Part shown: positions 6,129-12,437 of the stretch, piece by piece | Numbering within the stretch: position 1 is the first letter of the stretch | Layout: each line of letters begins with the position of its first letter | UHGV virus genome: UHGV-0044338 | DNA length: 12,437 nucleotides | Direction: 5' to 3' (one strand) | Source: a virus | Position numbers and translations under genes: made by a program | The notes under the pieces: model-generated | Seen by the model: the letters and a program-made list of their open reading frames with translations, nothing else | Told to the model about the DNA's origin: nothing | The model's database searches: none

Positions 6129-7151
6129 ATGTCTATCAATGCACTTAAGGCAGCGGCTACCGGTAACCAAGTTGCACATCATAATGAGAAACCAACAACT
6201 CTGGCCGGACTTCTGGCAGACCCAAAAATAAAAGCCCAGATGGCTTTGGCACTTCCAAAGCACATGACAGCAGACCGTCTGGCGCGCATAGCAACCACAG
6301 AGATCCGAAAGGTTCCAAAACTTGCATCATGCGACCAAGCCAGCTTCCTGGGGGCAATTATGCAATGTGCCCAATTGGGTCTTGAACCAGGTGGAGCTCT
6401 TGGACACGCTTACCTGATACCGTTCGACAAACGCCAGAAAGTAAATGGAAGATGGGAAACCGTATCTACAGAAGCACAGCTGATTATCGGCTATCGCGGA
6501 ATGATTGACCTTGCCCGCCGCTCTGGGCAGATCCTGAGTATCTCGGCTCGTACCGTACATACAAACGACAAATTCAGCTACTCATACGGCCTGGAAGAAA
6601 CGCTCGAGCATTTACCTTGCGAAACAGGTGACCGCGGAGAATTAACGCACGTTTACGCCGTTGCACGACTGAAAGATGGCGGAGTCCAATTTGAAGTTAT
6701 GAGCCGGGCAGACGTTGAGAAAGTTCGTGCACTGAGCAAAGCCGGTAGCAGTGGCCCATGGGTTGATCACTTCGATGAGATGGCTAAAAAAACAGTAATT
6801 CGCCGACTGTTCAAATATCTTCCTGTTTCTATTGAGATGCAGAAGGCTGTTGTTATGGATGAGCGCGCTGAAGCTGGACTTAGCCAAGATAACGCAGCTG
6901 TTATCACTGGTGAATATTCCGTAGTTGACGATGAGCGTCAACACCTATCGCCAATTTCAGATTCAGAACGAGAAGAAGCTCGAGAATATATCATCGCGAT
7001 ACTTAATAGCCTGGATCCATCTGCTGAAGATGCAAAAACGATGTTCAAGCGCGCTGAAAATGAAATTAACACCATGGCTGAAAAGCTCGGTGATGAATAT
7101 CACCAAAAATTCATGATGACGCTTAACGATATGCGTCCAGAATTCGAGTAA
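6129..7151 (+). CDS. recT: RecT-family single-strand annealing recombinase
   Basis: 340-aa ORF with RecT-family hallmarks as recalled (e.g. LIPF ... GYRG segment), strong SD AAGGAG 6 nt before ATG, paired with an upstream exonuclease gene. Confidence 0.85.
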   Translation: MSINALKAAATGNQVAHHNEKPTTLAGLLADPKIKAQMALALPKHMTADRLARIATTEIRKVPKLASCDQASFLGAIMQCAQLGLEPGGALGHAYLIPFDKRQKVNGRWETVSTEAQLIIGYRGMIDLARRSGQILSISARTVHTNDKFSYSYGLEETLEHLPCETGDRGELTHVYAVARLKDGGVQFEVMSRADVEKVRALSKAGSSGPWVDHFDEMAKKTVIRRLFKYLPVSIEMQKAVVMDERAEAGLSQDNAAVITGEYSVVDDERQHLSPISDSEREEAREYIIAILNSLDPSAEDAKTMFKRAENEINTMAEKLGDEYHQKFMMTLNDMRPEFE

Positions 7152-7200
7152 CCACCACCGCGGCGCCACGCGCGCCGCACTGCAACCAAGAGAGGTATTT

Positions 7201-7449
7201 ATGAAAGGTGCATTAGGTAAGAAGGAACTCCTGGCGGTGGTGCCACTGTCATGGAGCACTATCGACCGCATGGAGCGCACAGGGGAATTTCCTAAGCGCT
7301 GGTATATCACTGACAAACGCTGCGCATGGAACCGTGATGAAGTTGAGCGTTGGCTTGATGAACGTCAGGCAGCAAGCCCGGCAGAGTTCCAGGGTAAAAA
7401 GCCTCCTGTTCAGCAACGTGTATATCGTCCTGTGAGCAACGCTGCATGA
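7201..7449 (+). CDS. AlpA-family HTH regulator / putative excisionase
   Basis: 82-aa ORF; LLAVVPLSWSTIDRMERTGEFPKRWYITDKRCAWNRDEVERWLDER matches the AlpA/Xis-type winged-helix pattern; SD AGAGG upstream. Confidence 0.7.
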   Translation: MKGALGKKELLAVVPLSWSTIDRMERTGEFPKRWYITDKRCAWNRDEVERWLDERQAASPAEFQGKKPPVQQRVYRPVSNAA

Positions 7450-7558
7450 GTGTGCTGCTAAGGCACTGGAGCAAATGGTCAGGATGGTACTTATTCCTGG
7501 CCTCTGTTTCAGCATGGCTTTATCTGCTGGCATTAATTTTCAGAGAGGGTTGGATTAA

Positions 7559-7858
7559 GTGAGAAAGTTAAGCCGACTTGAAAAATATCACATGAACAAG
7601 GTTTCAATGCGCAGTCCGTCAAAGATTGTCGCCGTTACTCCTGCGGCGATAGAGATCGAAAAACGCGCGATTGAAAGAGAGAAAAAAGGGCAGTTCCGCA
7701 TTGCCGCCCACCTTTGGCTTCAGTGTATGGATGTTGCTTCTGGTGATGTTGAGCGTGCAAGGATCGCGGTTCGCAGGGACCAATGTATCACAAAAGGTAA
7801 CGGCCTTCGCCGTGGCGACTATAGCGGTATAGGATGTTGCGGGGTAGTTTATGACTAA
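7559..7858 (+). CDS. Hypothetical protein; start uncertain (GTG 7559, ATG 7592 or ATG 7604)
   Basis: ORF whose stop overlaps the start of the MT-A70 methyltransferase gene by 8 nt. No recognisable motif. Confidence 0.45.
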   Translation: MRKLSRLEKYHMNKVSMRSPSKIVAVTPAAIEIEKRAIEREKKGQFRIAAHLWLQCMDVASGDVERARIAVRRDQCITKGNGLRRGDYSGIGCCGVVYD

Positions 7859-8501
7859 GAAATACACACTAATCTATGCAGATCCACCCTGGGTATACCG
7901 GGACAAAGCCGCAGATGGTAATCGCGGTGCCGGTTTTAAATATCCGGTTATGAGTGTGATGGATATCTGCCGCCTTCCTGTGTGGGATTTGGCCGATGAA
8001 AACTGTCTGTTGGCAATGTGGTGGGTGCCAACACAACCACTCGAAGCGCTAAAAGTTGTTGAAGCCTGGGGATTCCGTCTGATGACCATGAAGGGCTTCA
8101 CGTGGATAAAATGTGGTAGTCGACAACCAGATAAACTGGTTATGGGTATGGGACACATGACTCGCGCCAATAGTGAAGATTGCCTGTTTGCAGTAAAGGG
8201 AAAACTACCTCCGCGCATTAATGCAGGGATCGTTCAGTCATTTACCGCACCGCGGCTTGAGCATTCAAGAAAACCAGATGTCGTTCGTGAAAAACTTGTG
8301 CAATTGTTAGGCGATGTTTCTCGCATTGAACTGTTCGCCCGCCAGTCGTCTCATGGCTTCGATGTTTGGGGTAATCAGTGCAAAGACCCGGCGGTGCAAC
8401 TACACCCAGGATACGCGTTGGATATTGGCGGATTAACAAATGCATTCAGCAATTCTCCGCTTTCACCAACAGACAACCAAGGCCGGGAGCGTGCAGCATG
8501 A
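7851..8501 (+). CDS. MT-A70-family DNA N6-adenine methyltransferase (orphan, phage-type)
   Basis: 216-aa ORF with LIYADPPW catalytic motif near the N-terminus and the later ELFAR ... DVWGN block typical of MT-A70 enzymes. Confidence 0.8.
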   Translation: MTKKYTLIYADPPWVYRDKAADGNRGAGFKYPVMSVMDICRLPVWDLADENCLLAMWWVPTQPLEALKVVEAWGFRLMTMKGFTWIKCGSRQPDKLVMGMGHMTRANSEDCLFAVKGKLPPRINAGIVQSFTAPRLEHSRKPDVVREKLVQLLGDVSRIELFARQSSHGFDVWGNQCKDPAVQLHPGYALDIGGLTNAFSNSPLSPTDNQGRERAA

Positions 8502-9157
8502 ACCTATATCAACGCATCAATGGCGCTGACTGGTGCAATATCTTCGTCGTCGGCGATCTGCATGGGTGCTACACGCTGCTGATGAACGAACTCGACAAAG
8601 TTTCATTCGACCCGGCGCGCGATTTGCTTATTTCCGTTGGTGACCTTGTTGACCGCGGCGCTGAAAACGTCGAATGCCTAGATTTGATTACTATGCCGTG
8701 GTTCCGAGCTGTTCGTGGCAACCATGAGCAGATGATGCTGGATGCACTGGTCAACGGCGGAAATTTCGGACATTGGATGTCAAACGGCGGTGGATGGTGG
8801 CACCAACTTGATTCTGAGCAGGATGTGCAACTCAAATACCTTCTGCCAAAGATTACCAACCTCCCGATGATTATCGAACTGGTTACCGGCAATAAGAAGG
8901 TCGTCATCTGCCACGCAGACTACCCGCACAACGAATACGCATTCAATAAGCCAGTACCAGAAGAAATGGTGATATGGAATCGTGAGCGGGTTAGCGACGC
9001 GCAGGACGGTATTGTCTCGGAGATAACCGGTGCCGATTTGTTCATCTTCGGTCATACGCCAGCACATCACCCACTGGTGTATGCAAACCAGATGTACATC
9101 GACACAGGGGCAGTGTTCTGCGGAAATCTGACGCTTACCAAAGTCCAAGAAAGATAG
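8498..9157 (+). CDS. Serine/threonine protein phosphatase, lambda PPase-like (calcineurin-type metallophosphoesterase)
   Basis: Metallophosphatase motifs GDLHG, GDLVDRG and GNHE; overall resemblance to lambda ORF221 phosphatase as recalled. Start at ATG 8498 ([12 protein letters not shown]), overlapping the methyltransferase stop (ATGA); SD GGGAG upstream. Confidence 0.85.
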   Translation: MNLYQRINGADWCNIFVVGDLHGCYTLLMNELDKVSFDPARDLLISVGDLVDRGAENVECLDLITMPWFRAVRGNHEQMMLDALVNGGNFGHWMSNGGGWWHQLDSEQDVQLKYLLPKITNLPMIIELVTGNKKVVICHADYPHNEYAFNKPVPEEMVIWNRERVSDAQDGIVSEITGADLFIFGHTPAHHPLVYANQMYIDTGAVFCGNLTLTKVQER

Positions 9158-9159
9158 AA

Positions 9160-10332
9160 TTATTTATTACTGTCTTCCATCCACTTCTCAAACTTCGACG
9201 GGGAGAACGGAATCAGATCCGTATGCTCCCCGTTAATCCAGGAATCAATCATATCGGCCCACTGCTGCAACATGTAGGCGCGCTGTCTGGCGTATTCCGC
9301 TTTGTTATATACGGCGCGCACACCTTTCTGCTCATGTGCCAGAGCCTTTTCAATCCAGTCTGAAGGATAACCAGCCTCATGCAACAACGTACTGGCTGTA
9401 CGGCGCATATCGTGTACGGTGAAGTCCTGAATATGCTCACCATCTTCATTTATTATTTTCACCGTTCTGTCGATCAGAGAGTTCAGCGCGGCATTAGATA
9501 ATGGCTTCCGGAAGTTGTAACGACCAGGAACCAGATATTCACTTCCACCAGCGCACATCTGCAACCCGACCAATATATCCTGTGCCTGTTTAGGCAGGTA
9601 AATAACGTGCGCCCGGCTTCCCTTCATGCGGTCTGAAGGAATTGTCCATGTCCATTTTTTAAAATCTATTTCGTCCCACGTTGCATTGGTGAATTCGCCT
9701 TTACGAACCATAGTGATAAGCACCAGCTTTAAAGCCATTTTCATAGTACCCATAGCACCAATGGCATCCAGCGTGCGGAAGAACAGGCCAATTTCTTCTG
9801 GTGTCAGTGTTCGCTCTCGTGGTTTAAATATGGCGATAGACGAAGGTTTAATGTCAGCCGCAGGATTAAATAAACCATGACCACGGTCATTGGCGTGACG
9901 GTATACGCTGCTGATGATCTCCCTGGCCTGTACTGCTGTTGCACGGCCACCGCGTTCGACAATCCGGTCACACAAATCACGAACCATCGATGTGGTAATT
10001 TCAGCCATCATTTTGTTGCCAAGAACCGGAAGTATGTCACGGTCGATCACCGCCTGTTTCATTGCGCGGGTACTGTCAGCCAGGATGACGTGTTTCATAT
10101 AACTGTCGGTATGTACCGCAAACGTCTCGGCACCACGAATCTTTTTGATACCGTCACGTTTAGCCGCGGCCGGTGACTGGCCTGCTTTAAGCAGTTTCTT
10201 TGCAGCAATCAGTTCTTCCCGCGCTTCTGCCAGGCTGATACCGTCACGCCCATACTGCCCTATTACCAGTGTTTCGCGGCGACCGTTGATACGGTAGTCA
10301 TAGCGAAACGAGACCGTGCCTGACGTAAGCAC
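9160..10332 (-). CDS. Tyrosine recombinase / phage integrase (IntS/P4-like); frame as given starts at GTG 10332, but the conserved N-terminus extends upstream to GTG 10416 and is interrupted by TAA at 10396-10398
   Basis: 390-aa ORF with N-terminal arm-binding-like region (FRYDYRINGRRETL) and C-terminal catalytic region ending RAVYNKAEYARQRAYMLQQWADMID, collinear with E. coli IntS-type integrases as recalled. Upstream in-frame sequence encodes (M)LTDTK*KTLKPQDKLYKVSDRDGLYVAV. Confidence 0.85.
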   Translation of the reverse strand: MLTSGTVSFRYDYRINGRRETLVIGQYGRDGISLAEAREELIAAKKLLKAGQSPAAAKRDGIKKIRGAETFAVHTDSYMKHVILADSTRAMKQAVIDRDILPVLGNKMMAEITTSMVRDLCDRIVERGGRATAVQAREIISSVYRHANDRGHGLFNPAADIKPSSIAIFKPRERTLTPEEIGLFFRTLDAIGAMGTMKMALKLVLITMVRKGEFTNATWDEIDFKKWTWTIPSDRMKGSRAHVIYLPKQAQDILVGLQMCAGGSEYLVPGRYNFRKPLSNAALNSLIDRTVKIINEDGEHIQDFTVHDMRRTASTLLHEAGYPSDWIEKALAHEQKGVRAVYNKAEYARQRAYMLQQWADMIDSWINGEHTDLIPFSPSKFEKWMEDSNK

Positions 10333-10444
10333 AGCTACATACAGCCCGTCACGATCGGAGACCTTGTACAGTTTGTCCTGCGGCTTGAGGGTTTTTTATT
10401 TTGTATCGGTAAGCACAATTCACCCGTATAGAAACCATTTTCAT

Positions 10445-10480
10445 GACGGTATGAGAGTATACCTTTAAGGTAATACCGTC
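10445..10480. other. Nested inverted repeats in the int-guaA spacer; candidate attachment-site or recombinase-binding region
   Basis: GACGGTA (10445-10451) and TACCGTC (10474-10480) flank TATACCtttaaGGTAAT (10458-10474). No tRNA gene is present here. Confidence 0.25.
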
Positions 10481-10530
10481 ACCTGTACCGCCGAAAAATA
10501 TGGTGTAGAGTGAATAGAAATGAATACATA

Positions 10531-10560
10531 AAAACAAAAACCCTCTGTAAAAACAGAGGG
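10531..10560 (-). terminator. Rho-independent terminator of guaA (guaBA operon)
   Basis: Minus-strand RNA: CCCTCTG-ttttta-CAGAGGG followed by TTTTTGTTTTT, 50-80 nt after the guaA stop. Confidence 0.8.
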
Positions 10561-10608
10561 TTAAATTAGTATCTGAATAGGAATGAGTTGCTATGAGTTA
10601 GCTGTTAA

Positions 10609-12186
10609 TCATTCCCACTCAATAGTCGCTGGCGGCTTGCCGCTGATGTCATACACCACGCGGGAAATACCGTTCACTTCATTGATAATACGGTTGGAAA
10701 CGCGGCCGAGGAAGTCGTACGGCAGATGTGCCCAGTGTGCGGTCATAAAGTCGATGGTTTCGACAGCACGCAGAGAGACAACCCAGTCATACTTACGACC
10801 ATCGCCCATTACGCCAACGGAACGTACTGGCAGGAAGACGGTGAACGCCTGGCTGACTTTGTCGTACAGGTCCGCTTTACGCAGTTCTTCAATGAAGATG
10901 GCGTCAGCACGGCGCAGCAGGTCACAATACTCTTTCTTCACTTCTCCCAGAACACGAACGCCAAGGCCTGGTCCCGGGAACGGGTGACGGTACAACATGT
11001 CATACGGTAGGCCCAGCTCCAGACCAATCTTACGCACTTCGTCTTTGAACAGCTCTTTCAGCGGTTCAACCAGGCCCATCTTCATCTCTTTCGGCAGGCC
11101 ACCCACGTTGTGGTGAGATTTGATGACGTGTGCTTTACCGGTTGCAGAAGCAGCAGATTCGATAACGTCAGGGTAGATGGTGCCCTGCGCCAGCCACTTC
11201 ACGTCTTCCAGTTTCAGCGCTTCTTCATCGAATACTTCAACGAAAACGCGACCGATAATTTTACGTTTTGCTTCCGGATCGTTTTCGCCAGCCAGCGCTG
11301 ACAAGAAGCGATCTTCTGCCGGTACGTGAACAATGTTCAGACCAAAGTGATCGCCAAACATATCCAGAACCTGCTCTGCTTCGTTGAGACGCAGCAGGCC
11401 GTTGTCGACGAATACGCAAGTCAGGTTTTTACCGATAGCGCGGTGCAACAGCATTGCGGTAACGGAGGAATCCACGCCACCAGAGAGGCCGAGGATGACT
11501 TTATCGTCGCCCACTTGCTCGCGGATGCGGGCTACAGCGTCGTCGATAATTTTCGCTGGCGTCCACAGGGCTTCACACTGGCAGATATCACGCACAAAAC
11601 GCTCCAGCATGCGCATACCCTGGCGGGTGTGAGTCACTTCCGGGTGGAACTGTACGCCATAGAAGCGTTTTTCTTCGTTGGCCATGATGGCAAACGGGCA
11701 GCTTTCGGTGCTGGCTACGGTGACGAAGTCGGACGGGATAGCGGTAACTTTATCGCCGTGGCTCATCCAGACGTCCAGCAGCGGTTTACCATCTGCGGTC
11801 AGCGCATCTTCGATACCGCGAACCAGTGCGCTGTCGTTTACGACTTCAACCTGCGCGTAGCCAAATTCACGTTCGTTAGAGGCTTCAACGTGACCGCCCA
11901 ACTGCATTGCCATGGTCTGCATGCCATAGCAAACGCCGAATACCGGTACGCCTGCTTCAAAGACATACTGCGGCGCACGCGGGCTGTTTTCTTCGGTGGT
12001 GCTTTCCGGGCCGCCGGAAAGAATAATGCCGCTTGGATTGAAGTCACGAATTTGTGCTTCTGTCACATCCCACGCCCACAGTTCGCAGTAAACACCCAGC
12101 TCACGCACGCGGCGCGCAACTAGTTGAGTGTACTGAGAACCGAAGTCCAGAATGAGGATGCGATGCTTATGAATGTTTTCCGTCAT
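10609..12186 (-). CDS. guaA: GMP synthase (glutamine-hydrolysing)
   Basis: 525-aa ORF; N-terminal glutamine amidotransferase domain and ATP-pyrophosphatase motif SGGVDSS; matches E. coli GuaA as recalled along its full length. Confidence 0.97.
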   Translation of the reverse strand: MTENIHKHRILILDFGSQYTQLVARRVRELGVYCELWAWDVTEAQIRDFNPSGIILSGGPESTTEENSPRAPQYVFEAGVPVFGVCYGMQTMAMQLGGHVEASNEREFGYAQVEVVNDSALVRGIEDALTADGKPLLDVWMSHGDKVTAIPSDFVTVASTESCPFAIMANEEKRFYGVQFHPEVTHTRQGMRMLERFVRDICQCEALWTPAKIIDDAVARIREQVGDDKVILGLSGGVDSSVTAMLLHRAIGKNLTCVFVDNGLLRLNEAEQVLDMFGDHFGLNIVHVPAEDRFLSALAGENDPEAKRKIIGRVFVEVFDEEALKLEDVKWLAQGTIYPDVIESAASATGKAHVIKSHHNVGGLPKEMKMGLVEPLKELFKDEVRKIGLELGLPYDMLYRHPFPGPGLGVRVLGEVKKEYCDLLRRADAIFIEELRKADLYDKVSQAFTVFLPVRSVGVMGDGRKYDWVVSLRAVETIDFMTAHWAHLPYDFLGRVSNRIINEVNGISRVVYDISGKPPATIEWE

Positions 12187-12242
12187 TGACGCTTATTCCG
12201 AGGCAAGTGAAACAGATAATATAAATCGCCCGACATGAAGTC

Positions 12243-12345
12243 NNNNNNNNNNNNNNNNNNNNNNNNNNNNNNNNNNNNNNNNNNNNNNNNAAAAAAAAAA
12301 AAAAAAAAAAAAAAAAGAAGGGGGCGGGGGGGGGGGGGGGGGGGG
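12243..12345. other. Assembly artefact / unresolved gap (N48, poly-A, poly-G) inside the guaB-guaA intergenic region
   Basis: 48 Ns followed by long A and G homopolymers; native intergenic sequence is not represented. Confidence 0.9.
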
Positions 12346-12352
12346 AAGAGAA

Positions 12353-12437
12353 TCAGGAGCCCAGACGGTAGTTCGGGGACTCTTTAGTAATGGTCACGTC
12401 GTGAACGTGGCTTTCCTGAATGCCCGCACCGCTGATA
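12353..12437 (-). CDS. guaB: IMP dehydrogenase, C-terminal 27 codons plus stop (5' part beyond window)
   Basis: Minus-strand translation ISGAGIQESHVHDVTITKESPNYRLGS then TGA (12353-12355); matches the GuaB C-terminus as recalled; expected position upstream of guaA. Confidence 0.85.
   Translation of the reverse strand, partial: ISGAGIQESHVHDVTITKESPNYRLGS

Larger units (their letters stand above)
1..10530. mobile_element. Lambdoid (Rac/CP4-like mosaic) prophage, right arm; continues beyond window start; right boundary lies somewhere between the integrase start and the guaA terminator
   Basis: Contiguous phage-type modules (lambda P-like and O-like replication genes, divergent HTH repressor/cro pair, RecT + YqaJ exonuclease, AlpA-like regulator, tyrosine integrase) abutting host guaA. 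Exact att core not identifiable from this window alone. Confidence 0.85.

Noticed and set aside
7475-7558. 27-codon hydrophobic ORF (MVRMVLIPGLCFSMALSAGINFQRGLD) between the AlpA-like gene and the next ORF, possible small toxin
   Set aside because: SD is poorly spaced (GGAG 3 nt from ATG) and the peptide is too short and weakly hydrophobic to call; not reported as a feature.
8378-8497. Extended N-terminus of the phosphatase ORF (track start 8378)
   Set aside because: Lies within the MT-A70 gene in another frame; the ATG at 8498 has an SD and gives the expected N-terminal region before GDLHG.
10349-10537. 62-aa minus-strand ORF across the int-guaA spacer
   Set aside because: Overlaps the conserved integrase N-terminal frame and the guaA terminator; AT-rich low-complexity translation.
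10400-10608. Looked for a tRNA or tmRNA gene as integration target
   Set aside because: No tRNA-like sequence (no acceptor stem/T-arm pattern, no CCA-adjacent GC-rich stem) is present; region is AT-rich spacer plus the guaA terminator.
11326-12123. 265-aa ORF on the plus strand
   Set aside because: Entirely antisense to guaA, which is unambiguous. Similar antisense ORFs inside confidently called genes (for example 948-1403, 1581-2030, 2077-2505, 2518-2856, 2995-3381, 5696-6004, 6642-6944, 6963-7316, 7874-8218, 8569-8907, 8780-9148, 9877-10176, 10583-10987) were rejected for the same reason.
12243-12345. N48 followed by poly-A and poly-G
   Set aside because: Same artefact type, in the guaB-guaA spacer; no biological interpretation attempted.
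1-12437. CRISPR arrays, IS elements or transposase genes
   Set aside because: No regularly spaced direct repeats and no transposase-like ORF; the only recurring motif is the short operator palindrome.

Overview
The window is the right-hand ~10.4 kb of a lambdoid (Rac/CP4-like mosaic) prophage inserted immediately downstream of host guaA, followed by guaA and the 3' end of guaB (E. coli-like GMP synthase and IMP dehydrogenase). All calls are from reading the sequence and ORF translations, with no database search. Prophage modules in order: a leftward nin-like block (partial gene, DPPH-motif methyltransferase, hypothetical, PD-(D/E)xK-like nuclease); leftward replication genes (lambda P-like helicase loader, and an initiator with a DnaT-like C-terminus); a divergent immunity region (Cro-like HTH leftward, 194-aa tandem-HTH repressor without a LexA-type peptidase domain rightward); a rightward early operon (small ORF, hypothetical, YqaJ-like exonuclease, RecT, AlpA-like excisionase candidate, hypothetical, MT-A70 methyltransferase, lambda-PPase-like phosphatase); and a convergent IntS/P4-type tyrosine integrase next to guaA. 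The most interesting signal is regulatory: a palindrome TTACC-N5-GGTAA occurs as five perfect copies, all intergenic, with the same operator pair geometry duplicated at two different promoters and a three-site cluster between the repressor and cro-like genes. Second, the integrase reading frame carries an in-frame TAA at codon 7 of its conserved N-terminus. Two blocks (3546-3620 and 12243-12345) are homopolymer/N assembly artefacts, not biology.
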